Source of the DNA: Actinomycetota bacterium
GTDB lineage: Bacteria > Actinomycetota > Acidimicrobiia > Acidimicrobiales > Poriferisodalaceae
Direction of reading: 5' to 3'
Assembly: GCA_039197885.1 (NCBI GenBank)
Contig: JBCCTY010000001.1
Coordinates: 1,088-65,087 of the forward strand
Length of the DNA stretch: 64,000 nt
Under the pieces are notes generated by a model. It did not search any database. It had not been told where the DNA came from and saw nothing but the letters and a program-made list of their open reading frames with translations. Below are positions 28,672 through 37,936 of this stretch, piece after piece. The position numbers and the translations under genes were made by a program. How positions within the stretch are numbered: the stretch's first letter is position 1; each line of letters starts with the position of its first letter.

Positions 28672-29546
28672 CCGAATCCTGGGGTGTCGTCGCTGTGTCG
28701 GGCGTAGATCGCATCGACCGTCTGGTCGCCGGTGCGCTTCGCCTCGGGGCGCTGGAGGGTGATCTGCTGTCCGCCGGGCAACACGGTGGAGAACGCGCCG
28801 ACGGGGACCTTGGATTCGGTGGCGTCGAGGCCGTACTTCGCTCGGCGGAGGTGTGCGGTGAGCATGTCGGCGGGCGGGCGGTCCCAGCCGTGGAGGTACT
28901 CGGCGACGAACCGGCCGCGACCCGGGGTCCAGTAGCCGCTGTCGAGGCGCAGGATGGCGTCCTCGACGATGACCGCTGCAACCTCGTCGGCGGACCAGGC
29001 GACACCGTCTTCGGTGATCGAGAGGAGCTGACGGATCCGGGGGTGGTCGGTGACGAGCTCGTCGCGACCGGTGCCGTCGAGGCGGACCCGTGCGAAGCGG
29101 GGCACGAACGCGACTTCGCAGATCTCCTCGCATTCCCGCTCGGCGGCGTCGCGCGCTCGGCGGATGAACTCGTCGGGGTAGGTCGTCGGGTTGTGCATCC
29201 CGCCTTCCTCGGCGCGGGCCTGGCCGAGCGTGAAGTAGACGCCGCCGACGAGCTCGTGGGTGCTGGTCCGCACCGCGCCGTCGTCGCGCGTCCAGGTCAC
29301 GGTCAGCCATCGGGGGCGCGTCGTGAGCGAGGCGTTGAGCGCGAGCGTGGCGCGCCCGACCGCAGTGAGGTCGACGCTGGCCGAGCCTGACTGGAGCTCG
29401 GTTCCGTCAGCATCCGCGACCGAGTAGGTCGCGGTGTTGGTGGTGATGTCGGCCGGCTCACCGTCGGAGTCGGGCCAGAACACCTCGAGGGTGAGTGGCC
29501 CGGCTCCGACGACGTGTCGGCTCTGCGCGACGAAGGTCTCGATCAC
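28668..29546 (-). CDS. head-tail adaptor-like hypothetical protein
   Basis: 292-aa ORF in the head-completion block. Confidence 0.45.
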   Translation of the reverse strand: MIETFVAQSRHVVGAGPLTLEVFWPDSDGEPADITTNTATYSVADADGTELQSGSASVDLTAVGRATLALNASLTTRPRWLTVTWTRDDGAVRTSTHELVGGVYFTLGQARAEEGGMHNPTTYPDEFIRRARDAAERECEEICEVAFVPRFARVRLDGTGRDELVTDHPRIRQLLSITEDGVAWSADEVAAVIVEDAILRLDSGYWTPGRGRFVAEYLHGWDRPPADMLTAHLRRAKYGLDATESKVPVGAFSTVLPGGQQITLQRPEAKRTGDQTVDAIYARHSDDTPGFG

Positions 29547-29548
29547 GC

Positions 29549-29932
29549 TCAGGCGACCGGGGCCACCCGGGGGCTGCCCTTCACCACGTGGGCGCCGTAG
29601 ACACCGCCGGTGGTGCTGCCGGCGCCGGTGACGACGGTCCGGATGTAGCGGGCCGTGCCGAGGTAGCCGACCTTCTGGGCGGTGTCGTCGGCGAGGTCGA
29701 CGAGGGTGCCGTCGAGGTCGCCGGCGGCGACGTCGGACCAGGCCGAGTTGTCCGCCGACTCCTGGACCTTCGGGGTGTGCGTCCCGTCGGTGATCGTGCC
29801 GGGCACGAAAACCACCGCTGCCGACCCGAAGTCGACGAGGTCGACGCCGGTGCCGTCCTGCGCTCCGTCGGTTCGGGCTGCGGGGGTCAGGGACTGGACG
29901 ACGCCGATGTTGGATGCGATGTCGCTGTGCAT
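29549..29932 (-). CDS. small head protein (possible decoration/cement), hypothetical
   Basis: 127 aa with an AGGAG RBS, two genes after the capsid gene. Confidence 0.4.
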   Translation of the reverse strand: MHSDIASNIGVVQSLTPAARTDGAQDGTGVDLVDFGSAAVVFVPGTITDGTHTPKVQESADNSAWSDVAAGDLDGTLVDLADDTAQKVGYLGTARYIRTVVTGAGSTTGGVYGAHVVKGSPRVAPVA

Positions 29933-29947
29933 GGGGTTCTCCTCGGA

Positions 29948-30580
29948 TCAGGTGGTGAGCATCTGGCCGAGGGCGTCGACCAGGGTCGGGCGGGGCTTCT
30001 CGCGTCGCTGTTCGGCCTCGAGGGCCAGCGAGGCGCGAGCGGGGTTGCCGTCGACGTTCTCGACGATTTCCTCGACCTTCCCGGTGGGCAGGTCGGCGGG
30101 GACGGAGTAGGGCTCGTCCTCGGCGTGGTAGTGCTTCCCGTCGAAGGCGAAGGTGGCCATGCGGAGCTCGCCGTCGACCCGGTAGGCGGCCTCGCCGCCG
30201 TCGGCCTCGATGGCACCGACGGCGACGAGGGTCACCTCGCTTCCCGGATGGGCGTCGGCCAGCGCCCCGGTGAGCGCCTCGGCGCCCGGTCGCTGGTCGT
30301 CACCCTCCCCGACCGGGGGGAGCCCTCCCGCTCCGGCCGGTCCTGCCGGTTCTCCGGCGCCGGTCGAGCTTCCGCTGTCCTCGGCGGGCGCCGGTCCGCG
30401 GTCCTCGACGACGGGCGGGTACGGGGCCTTGGTGGGTTCCGCATCGGCCGGTGCCTCCTTCGCTCGGACGCTGTCGCACCACTTCGCCGCCTCGGCGTCG
30501 TCCATGGGGACGATGTCGCCGGGCACCCAGTTGAAGTCGACGCCCGAGACGCTGGTGAGCACCTCGACGTTGACGGTCAT
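29948..30580 (-). CDS. hypothetical head-module protein with Pro/Gly/Ala-rich centre
   Basis: 210 aa. Its start shares a base with the capsid stop. Confidence 0.45.
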   Translation of the reverse strand: MTVNVEVLTSVSGVDFNWVPGDIVPMDDAEAAKWCDSVRAKEAPADAEPTKAPYPPVVEDRGPAPAEDSGSSTGAGEPAGPAGAGGLPPVGEGDDQRPGAEALTGALADAHPGSEVTLVAVGAIEADGGEAAYRVDGELRMATFAFDGKHYHAEDEPYSVPADLPTGKVEEIVENVDGNPARASLALEAEQRREKPRPTLVDALGQMLTT

Positions 30581-31860
30581 CAGCTGGCCGCCATCTGCAG
30601 CGTCTTCGCTGCGTTCGGGTCCTGGACGGCGCCGTCCATCTCCTGGAAGCCGAGGAACCCGACCTGCAGGCGACGGGCGTAGAGCTCCTCAAGGCGCAGC
30701 ATCCGGAACGCCTGGATCATCCGGACGATGTAGGCGGCCTGGAAGTCGCCGAACGCGATCGGCTTGGCGCTGGCGGCCACCGCCGGCATGTCCTGGTCGA
30801 TCGAGTACGGCCGGCCGGCGAACTGCGACGGAACACCGACCTGGACCGACGGGTCCCACAGCGGGCGGTTGTCGCCGTCCTTGAGCTTGCGGACCAGCTT
30901 CAGGGTGCCGTCGGCGAAGACCCAGCGGGACCGCTCGTTGCGGTAGGCCGGGTCGACCGAGTGCTCGAGGTCGATGAAGTCGTCGTAGGTCAGCGAGGTG
31001 GTCTGGCCGCCGGGGGTGGTGTGGCCGACGTTGAGGCCGACGGTGACGCCCTGGGGCTCCTGGGCGCCGGTGCCGACGACCCAGTGCTCGGCGGACGCAC
31101 GGCCGATCCGCTCACCGCTCTTCCGGGAGATGTAGTTCTCCAGGTCGAAGGCCTCATCGCGCAGGAGTCGCATCGACACCCGGACGACCTTGGAGGTGTA
31201 GATGTGGGCGTAGAGCTTGCGCTGCCCGAAGGTCAGATCCTGTTCGCCGATGTCCTCGTTCGGGTTCTCCCGGATGATCTCGCCCTTGTTGGACGTGTCA
31301 TCGTTGGTCGGCCAGGGCAGCTCGGCGGACGTGCTCGTCGTGATCTCATCAGAGATCGCGGCGAGGCCGCCGAAGGCCTTCATCGTCTCGACCATCGTGG
31401 CGCGGAACTCCGGCGGAACGAGGTAGCCGCCGGCGTCGTCGGGCACGGTGCCCTGGGCCCGCTCCTGGGTGCCGTCGACGAAGTTCGCCTCGAGCAGCGC
31501 CCGGGCCTCGGCGTCGAGACGCTGATCGCCGGCACGCAGGTAGGCGCCGAAGGCCTCGCGGTACCGCTCGCTGGTGTCGGTGTCGTCGGTGCGCTCGCCG
31601 GCTCCGTCATTCACATCGAACGGGGCGTCGCGGAGGGTCTCGTGCTCGCGCTGGCGTCGGTCGGCGCCCTCGTAGCGCTTGATGTCGGCCTCAAGCTCGT
31701 CGAGGCGGACCTCGTGACGGTCGTAGGCCTCGCGCTGCTCGGCGGTGAGCTGGCCGTTCTCGTTCTCGGTCTCGGCTCGCTGGAGGATGGCGTCGGCCTG
31801 GTTCCAGACGTTGGCTCGCTCCTCGATCGCAACCTGGGCGCGCTCGCGGTAGGTGGGCAT
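30580..31860 (-). CDS. major capsid protein, HK97 family
   Basis: ATG 31860 after GGGAGGAA. N-terminal coiled-coil delta-like region, then the capsid body. The longer 539-aa track ORF overlaps the protease gene. Confidence 0.85.
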   Translation of the reverse strand: MPTYRERAQVAIEERANVWNQADAILQRAETENENGQLTAEQREAYDRHEVRLDELEADIKRYEGADRRQREHETLRDAPFDVNDGAGERTDDTDTSERYREAFGAYLRAGDQRLDAEARALLEANFVDGTQERAQGTVPDDAGGYLVPPEFRATMVETMKAFGGLAAISDEITTSTSAELPWPTNDDTSNKGEIIRENPNEDIGEQDLTFGQRKLYAHIYTSKVVRVSMRLLRDEAFDLENYISRKSGERIGRASAEHWVVGTGAQEPQGVTVGLNVGHTTPGGQTTSLTYDDFIDLEHSVDPAYRNERSRWVFADGTLKLVRKLKDGDNRPLWDPSVQVGVPSQFAGRPYSIDQDMPAVAASAKPIAFGDFQAAYIVRMIQAFRMLRLEELYARRLQVGFLGFQEMDGAVQDPNAAKTLQMAAS

Positions 31861-31876
31861 CGTGGGTTCCTCCCGG

Positions 31877-32755
31877 TCAGGGGGTTGGTGCGCCGTGCCG
31901 CTCACGCAGCCGTCGGCGCAGGATCTTCGGGTCGTGGATCCCGCCGTGCCGGGTGGCGGCGGCAGGGGTGTCCTCGTCCCGAGTGGTGCTGGCCGGCTCG
32001 GGGGAGGTCGGGTCCTCCGAGCGCCCGTCGGCGCTCGGAGGGGCGGCCAGCTCGTCCAGCGCGCCTGAGACGGTGCGGAGGAGTCCAGCCACATCGGGGT
32101 CGAGCTCGTCCGAGCGCAGCGCCTTGGCCATGCGGGCCTGGTCGCGGTCGGAGAGCCCGGCGAAGCGACACACCTCGGTGAAGGTGCGCAGCCCGGCATC
32201 GGTGTCGTCGTACGCCGGGTAGGTCACGGTCGAGACGTCGAAGAGTTCGACCTCGAGGATCCGGTAGAGGCTCTTCCCGTCGTCGAGGATCTCGTGCTCC
32301 TCCCGGACGATCCGGAAGGCGAACGACATCTGGTCGAGGTCGCCCCGGTCGAGGGAGATCGCGACGTCGTGACCGACGCTGTGCGGTGCGATGTCGGCGT
32401 CGACGAAGAGTCCGGTGCCGTCGGTGGAAAGTCGCATCGTGTCCTCGGCGACCCGGCGGTACCGGCCGAGGAGGCGAGCGGGGTCGTGCTGGTCGAGGAA
32501 CCGGCAGTCGCACTCCTGGAGCGTCTTGTTGAACGCCTCCGGTGCGACCTCCTCGTAGAACCCCCAGTAGGAGCTCCCGATCCAGGTGCGGCTGTCGAAC
32601 ACCGCGGCGTGCCCCTCGAACGGGATGGAGTCGTCGGGCCCGAGCTCGGAGAGGTCGGTGGCGCGGAGCTGGGCGGTGTCGAGCGTGTAGTTGCGGCGGT
32701 GCACGCCCTGGGCGTCGGCCAGGTCGGCGCGCGTGAGGGTCTTCAGCTTCGGCAC
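31877..32755 (-). CDS. prohead protease, HK97 family
   Basis: FEGHAAVFDSRTWIG...FYEEVAPEAFNKTL...FLDQHD pattern. Lies between the portal and capsid genes. Confidence 0.8.
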   Translation of the reverse strand: MPKLKTLTRADLADAQGVHRRNYTLDTAQLRATDLSELGPDDSIPFEGHAAVFDSRTWIGSSYWGFYEEVAPEAFNKTLQECDCRFLDQHDPARLLGRYRRVAEDTMRLSTDGTGLFVDADIAPHSVGHDVAISLDRGDLDQMSFAFRIVREEHEILDDGKSLYRILEVELFDVSTVTYPAYDDTDAGLRTFTEVCRFAGLSDRDQARMAKALRSDELDPDVAGLLRTVSGALDELAAPPSADGRSEDPTSPEPASTTRDEDTPAAATRHGGIHDPKILRRRLRERHGAPTP

Positions 32756-32798
32756 GAGCGCTCCTCGTCGTCGGGTGAGGCGCCGCGGCGCCGGGAGG

Positions 32799-34052
32799 TC
32801 AGGCGGGCGCCGGGTTCGGCGCGTCCGGGTCCTGGTCGTCGGGATCGGCGTCGTCGGGGCCGCCGACGACGGTCATGTTCTGCGGGATCATCCAGCCACC
32901 GATGGCCGGGTCGCTCGGCAGGTTGATGCGCTGGCGGGCCTCGTTGCCCTCGAAGATCCCCCACTGTCGGCCCTTCACCAGGGCCTCGAGGGTGCTCTTG
33001 AAGTCGGTGCGGAGGAACCCGGCGACGTCGTGCTCGGCGAACCGGCCGGCCGGGTTCAGCCACTCGGCCGAGATCCGCTGGCTGATGCGCTGGAGCAGCT
33101 GGCCGAAGGTGTAGATCAGCGTGACGATCTGCTGCTGCTCGAGCCCGGTGCCCCAGTTGGACGAGCTGTCGAAGTCGGCCAGCGTGAACGGCGGGAGCCC
33201 GAACCATCGGGCCGCCTCCCGGACCTGGAAGCCGCGGGACTCGATGAACTGGGCGTCCTCGGGTGGCATGTCGAGCCGCTGGTACTTCGCGCCGTTGTCG
33301 AGCACGGCGACGTCGTGGGCGTTGCGCAGGCCGGCGGCGACCTGACGCCACCGGGCCCGGATGCGCTGCGCCTTCACCGGCGACAGCGCGGCGTCGGTCG
33401 TGATCATCCCGCCGACGAGAGTGCCGTTGGCGAAGAGCCGACCGCCGTACTCCTCGGCGGCCAACGCGAGGCCGATGCCCTGGCGGGCCAGCCCGATCAC
33501 CGAGAGGCCCTGCACCCCGTCGAGGCTGATCGACGGGATGTGGAAGATGTCGGCGCTGGTGACACCGCGCTGGACGTTGCCGTCGGCGTCGGTGATGTCG
33601 AACACCTTCCCGAACGGGTTCGACGCCGTGCGCCGGTCCCGGTCGCGGTAGGGCTTCGCGTGCCGGGGGTGGATCGGCTCCACGTAGCGCAGCCGGCCAG
33701 CCATGTCGTGGTACTTCAGGCCGTAGAAGTTGCCGTGCGCGACGACCCGGTCGACGAGGAGCTCGTAGAACTCGAACGGGGTCATGTCCGGGTGCGGAGC
33801 GTCGACGATCGTGCCTCGGACCCGCTGGCGTGCAGACTCATCGCCCTCGTACACCTTCAGCGGCAGACTCGCCGTCACCCCGGCCACGATCGCCCGAGCT
33901 CGGAAGATCGCCGAGAACCGCATCGCGGTGTCCTCGTTCACGGTGATGCCCGACGCCGTTGGCGGAGCGCCCATGAACGCCAGCGCGGCATCGCTCGAGG
34001 ACTCGACCAGCTGGGAGACGGTGGCCCGCTTGATGGCGTCGCCGAGGGTCAC
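32799..34052 (-). CDS. portal protein
   Basis: 417 aa, positioned between TerL and the protease. Confidence 0.8.
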   Translation of the reverse strand: MTLGDAIKRATVSQLVESSSDAALAFMGAPPTASGITVNEDTAMRFSAIFRARAIVAGVTASLPLKVYEGDESARQRVRGTIVDAPHPDMTPFEFYELLVDRVVAHGNFYGLKYHDMAGRLRYVEPIHPRHAKPYRDRDRRTASNPFGKVFDITDADGNVQRGVTSADIFHIPSISLDGVQGLSVIGLARQGIGLALAAEEYGGRLFANGTLVGGMITTDAALSPVKAQRIRARWRQVAAGLRNAHDVAVLDNGAKYQRLDMPPEDAQFIESRGFQVREAARWFGLPPFTLADFDSSSNWGTGLEQQQIVTLIYTFGQLLQRISQRISAEWLNPAGRFAEHDVAGFLRTDFKSTLEALVKGRQWGIFEGNEARQRINLPSDPAIGGWMIPQNMTVVGGPDDADPDDQDPDAPNPAPA

Positions 34053-34375
34053 TCGTCGTCACCCCGGCTGCCGGCGGCCAGCCGGAGCCCGATGAGGGTG
34101 CCGACGTTCTCGGCGTTCGCTGCGAGCACCAGCAACAGCCCACCGACGAGCAGCCCGAGCGCCGGTGCGACCAGCCACCCCGCCGCGGCGACCATTACCG
34201 CACCGGCCTTCTCGGCCAGCTGACGCCCCACCGACCGCCACGGCACCGCCAGCGCAACTGCGACCACACTGGCGAGGACCGCTCGCGCAACCCGCTCCGG
34301 GACCATCGACACCCACAGGAGAGCGGCGGTCGTTGAGTTCGAGGCCGAGCGCGCCGGCCGAAGGATGCTCACCAC
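34049..34375 (-). CDS. small membrane protein between TerL and portal
   Basis: 108 aa with three hydrophobic segments, overlapping both neighbours. Confidence 0.45.
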   Translation of the reverse strand: MVSILRPARSASNSTTAALLWVSMVPERVARAVLASVVAVALAVPWRSVGRQLAEKAGAVMVAAAGWLVAPALGLLVGGLLLVLAANAENVGTLIGLRLAAGSRGDDE

Positions 34376-36012
34376 AGGTTCGGCTCCTTCGAGTCGGTCG
34401 GCATGCCGGCGCCGGCAGCGATGGCGTCGCGCCGGGCCTCATGGGCGAGCACGGCGCAGACGTGCAGGTCGATCTTGCGGCCGTCGTCGGGCTTGCCGAT
34501 CGTCCACCCGCGGGTGTCGGTATCGATCCAGGTCTTCGATGGCCGGCGGTCGGCAGCCAGGATGTGCGAGCGGAGCAACGGGTCCCCGTCGTGCACGATC
34601 GACGGCGGACTCTCCTCGGTCCCACCGAGGTCGACCCAGAAGGCGTAGACCGCCAGGGTCATCTTGCGGTCCTGGATCGTGTGGAACGGCTTCACGACCT
34701 TCTCTCCGTAGGCGGCCTGCCAGTCGGCGATCTCGGAGTCCCAGCCCGGCGGATCCGGGTACATCGCCACCACCCGGTAGCGGCGGAACGCCTCGGCCAC
34801 GGCGTCGTGGACCTCGCGGCGGGGGATCTCGCTGTAAGGCCCGGTCACGCCGGGCTCCCAGTACCCGAGCACCTTCGTGTAGCCGTCGGAGAGCCGAGCA
34901 GCCACCAAGCCGGTGCCGTCCCGGAACCGCGAGCCGTCGAAGCCCAGAGCGATCGCCTCGCCCGGACGGAGACCGGCCTCGCCGAGACGTGCATCGCGAG
35001 CGGCGTCCCACCGGTCCACTCCGACGGCCTTGCGGTCGCTGGAGCGGCGCCAGTTCAGCCACACCCGCGCCCAATAGGTCCGGTCCGTCTTCGGGTCGTC
35101 GTAGCGGCGGGCGATGCCCCACAGGTCCGACCAATCCAGGCCCGAGTCGAAGTCGAGACCCGAGGCCTCCTCCAGCGCGGCGACGCGCTGCTCCGGGTCG
35201 TCGAGGTCGTAGTGCTCACTCGCCGAGAGCTCGATGAACAACCGATCGGTGTCGACCCGCTCGTTCGCGATGTCGTCGTCGACCGCGAGCATGATCTCCT
35301 CGAGCAACGAACCCTCGCCGGGCTCGAACTCGGTGGAGGTGATGAACGACCAGGCGTCGTTCGCGGCGACCTTGTAGAGGTTCTCCGACATCGTGTCGTA
35401 CGCCTGGATGTGACGATGCGTCGTCATCCGGTGCGGCTCGTCGAAGTGCTGGAACGTCGTCAGCGCACCATCACGAGCACCAGGCGAACCGGCCATCGCC
35501 CGGATCAGGCCGCCGCCGTCGGCTCGAGTGATGCGCTCCTCGCCCACGCTGTAGACGGCGCCGAGCGGGCAGGCATCGGACCGGAGCATGGACTGCAGCG
35601 TGCTGAACGCCAGTTCCTCGGACTGCTCCGAGGTGAAAGCGATCATCGGGATGTACGGCGACCGCAGCCCGGCACCGATCGGCTGGCCGTCCTCGTCCCA
35701 GCCAACGCAGCGCACCGGGGCTTCCGGATCGGCCTCCATTGCCGTGATCCCCGAGGCCGCCTCGGTCTTCGCCGTCCCCTTGCGGAGGACGACCACGACT
35801 TCCTTCCAGCGGCGACGACCCGCCTGCGGGTGGCTCTGCGGCCAGACCTCGTAGGCCCGCACCATGATCGCCTGCCACAGCTTCGCCAGCCGCAGCGGTT
35901 CGTCTTGCTGCGGCCCGGGGCCGTGCACCAGGTTGGCGTGCATCCGCCGGATCAACTGCGGACCCAGCGACGGCAGCGGCTCAGCCGGCGCCGGCGGCCA
36001 CGACCGGATCAC
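34369..36012 (-). CDS. terminase large subunit
   Basis: 547 aa. GTGA overlap with the TerS stop. Called from size and position in HNH-TerS-TerL-portal order. Confidence 0.8.
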   Translation of the reverse strand: MIRSWPPAPAEPLPSLGPQLIRRMHANLVHGPGPQQDEPLRLAKLWQAIMVRAYEVWPQSHPQAGRRRWKEVVVVLRKGTAKTEAASGITAMEADPEAPVRCVGWDEDGQPIGAGLRSPYIPMIAFTSEQSEELAFSTLQSMLRSDACPLGAVYSVGEERITRADGGGLIRAMAGSPGARDGALTTFQHFDEPHRMTTHRHIQAYDTMSENLYKVAANDAWSFITSTEFEPGEGSLLEEIMLAVDDDIANERVDTDRLFIELSASEHYDLDDPEQRVAALEEASGLDFDSGLDWSDLWGIARRYDDPKTDRTYWARVWLNWRRSSDRKAVGVDRWDAARDARLGEAGLRPGEAIALGFDGSRFRDGTGLVAARLSDGYTKVLGYWEPGVTGPYSEIPRREVHDAVAEAFRRYRVVAMYPDPPGWDSEIADWQAAYGEKVVKPFHTIQDRKMTLAVYAFWVDLGGTEESPPSIVHDGDPLLRSHILAADRRPSKTWIDTDTRGWTIGKPDDGRKIDLHVCAVLAHEARRDAIAAGAGMPTDSKEPNLW

Positions 36013-36482
36013 GCCGTCTCGGCGCCGCCGTTGATCACACTGAAGATCGGGTGATCGACCTCGACGACGTCCTGGGCATCCGACTGCCGCGCGGCCTGTG
36101 CCTTCGGCGACGGCGACGCCGCCCCGGTCGCCCGGATCCGCAGCGCCATCCGATCAGCGACCGTCGCGCCCAAGCGCTGGCCGGCGAGGCGGAGCTCCGA
36201 CGCCAGCTCCTTTGGGTGCCCCTCGCGCTGGAAGCGCTCCATCAGCGGCAGCATCACGCCCTCGAGGTAGGCCCAGTCGGTGTCGTCGTAGAGCGTCGCC
36301 ATCGACGACGACGTCATCGCCCGCCACCACGACTTCGTGGCCTTGTGCCAGCCGCCACGCTGGCCCTTCTTCGGGATCCCGCGAAGCTGCTTGCCCGGCG
36401 CTGCGGGGAGCTCCGTCCACGGAGCCTGACCACCCGAACGGCGCGCTCGGTTCGGATCGGGAGCGGGACCACGACCAGCCAT
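36009..36482 (-). CDS. terminase small subunit
   Basis: ATG 36482 after GAGGAGG. N-terminus MAGRGPAPDPNRARR is typical of P27-type small terminases. Confidence 0.7.
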   Translation of the reverse strand: MAGRGPAPDPNRARRSGGQAPWTELPAAPGKQLRGIPKKGQRGGWHKATKSWWRAMTSSSMATLYDDTDWAYLEGVMLPLMERFQREGHPKELASELRLAGQRLGATVADRMALRIRATGAASPSPKAQAARQSDAQDVVEVDHPIFSVINGGAETA

Positions 36483-36514
36483 CGAGCACCTCCTCAAGAC
36501 GCGAGACTCGCTCC

Positions 36515-36793
36515 ATGGCCAACTGGTACCCGACGAACGTGAACGAACGAGACCCGTGGGGCATGGCGTTCTACGAACAGCGCGGTTATGAGCTCTACCC
36601 GACGTCGGCCAACAACCGGGACGAGTGGGGAACGCCCGCCTTCCGGATCGACGGCAGGCACGTGTACCCGTCGAGGACCAACACCGACTACCGAAGCGGG
36701 CGGGTCGCCTTCGAGATTCGCGACTCGCAGGTCTTCCCGGCGCCCGAGAACAGCTACTACCCGCAGGGCCATCCGGTGTTCGACATCCGCTGA
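36515..36793 (+). CDS. plus-strand moron: 92-aa protein made of four ~22-aa [YF]P-x3-N-x2-[DY]-x2-G-x3-F repeats
   Basis: High GC3 on the plus strand, whereas the antisense ORF is Arg/Val-rich. The four repeats are read directly from the translation. Confidence 0.6.
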   Translation: MANWYPTNVNERDPWGMAFYEQRGYELYPTSANNRDEWGTPAFRIDGRHVYPSRTNTDYRSGRVAFEIRDSQVFPAPENSYYPQGHPVFDIR

Positions 36794-36883
36794 AGCTTCG
36801 GCAAGCCCCAGACTTGCGCGGCCCCCGGGGCCAACCTCACCGGCGGTCGTGGAGGCCCAGGTCAGAGAGGTTTGCCCGCCCCC

Positions 36884-37324
36884 CTACTCCAGGTCGACCG
36901 GCAGTGAGCGATCGGCGAGCTTGAAGTGATCACGGACCAGCACGAGGTACTCACGTCGGGCCTGGACGCGCTCTGGTCGCGGCTTCTGGGCGCTGACGGC
37001 GCCGACCATCTCTCGGGCTGCGTTGATCATCGGTTTCGGTAGGAGCATCTCGGCTCGCGCGTACGCCTCGAAGACTCGGTCCACTCGCTCCATCGCACCC
37101 GTGGGTTGATCGAAGCTCATGTGCAGCAGGTAGACGGCTCTGGCCAGCTCGTCTGCCGCCTCAAACTGCTCAGAGCGGATGCGTTCGTAGTCCTCCCGAG
37201 CCGCCCTGCGTCGCTCCCGCCTGATCTCGAACCACTGAGCCAGTGCGGTGGCGGTAACGGTGATGAGCGCTCCGGCGATCCCGAACAGGCCGGCGATCGC
37301 TACGTCCGAGAGCGCGAGGGTCAC
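36884..37324 (-). CDS. hypothetical protein with N-terminal TM and helical cytoplasmic domain
   Basis: 146 aa. GTGA overlap with the HNH stop. N-terminal segment VAIAGLFGIAGALITVTATALA. Confidence 0.55.
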   Translation of the reverse strand: MTLALSDVAIAGLFGIAGALITVTATALAQWFEIRRERRRAAREDYERIRSEQFEAADELARAVYLLHMSFDQPTGAMERVDRVFEAYARAEMLLPKPMINAAREMVGAVSAQKPRPERVQARREYLVLVRDHFKLADRSLPVDLE

Positions 37325-37716
37325 TGGCTCAGCCTCTCACGCTCGGCTCGCCTCACCGCGCCCTGCCTGCTGTTCTCGCTGCGGCAGAGCACCCGCCGTC
37401 CGATCACCACGCCGCCGGTGTCTTGGAGCGGTGGCACGTGGTCGCTGGTGAGCTGGCCGGGTGCAACGGGGTGGGGCTGGTGTCCGGTCTCGGGTGCGCC
37501 GGGGCACCACCACCCGTGGGTCTCGACGTGCTCGGCGATGAGGCGCTCGGCTGCTCGGCGCTCGGCGTTGGTGGCTCGGACTCGGGCGCCGGGGTCGTCG
37601 GCTCGGTGCGAGCGGGCGGGCACGTGCTGGTGCTTGGGGCACGGTGCGGGGAGGGGGCAGGCGGCGACTGGGCAGCGGCTCATTGGACGCACATCTCGAA
37701 CCCGTAGCGACACCAT
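37321..37716 (-). CDS. HNH endonuclease (packaging-associated)
   Basis: Cys/His-rich with TSDHVPPLQDTGG...LCRSENSRQG (H-N-N type). Lies upstream of the terminase genes. Confidence 0.7.
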   Translation of the reverse strand: MVSLRVRDVRPMSRCPVAACPLPAPCPKHQHVPARSHRADDPGARVRATNAERRAAERLIAEHVETHGWWCPGAPETGHQPHPVAPGQLTSDHVPPLQDTGGVVIGRRVLCRSENSRQGAVRRAERERLSQ

Positions 37717-37762
37717 ACACGAGGGCTCGCTGACCTGCAGGGATGGTGCGGCGCTTCCGTCG

Positions 37763-37936
37763 TCACTCGGGCATCTCGATCTCGATGCTGTCGCCTACGG
37801 CCCACAGGTCGCGTTCGGGTGAGTGGATCTCGAAGACGTAGGTCGCACCCACCGACACCCAGTGCTCCAACTCGCTGAGCCTGCTGGCGTCTACGGAACG
37901 GGCCCGAACCTCGGTGATGGTTCCAATGAGCTTCAC
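37763..37936 (-). CDS. small hypothetical protein
   Basis: GTG 37936 makes a GTGA overlap with the upstream stop. The 95-aa track ORF would overlap its neighbour by 118 nt. Confidence 0.4.
   Translation of the reverse strand: MKLIGTITEVRARSVDASRLSELEHWVSVGATYVFEIHSPERDLWAVGDSIEIEMPE

Noticed and set aside
30580-32199. 539-aa extended capsid ORF, and similarly extended models 45377..46849, 43670..44830, 42832..43584, 27725..29005, 28204..29310 and 26941..28077
   Set aside because: The upstream extensions overlap neighbouring genes by 100-1100 nt and are Arg/Pro-rich. Internal starts with an RBS or a 4-nt overlap give compact, motif-complete proteins.
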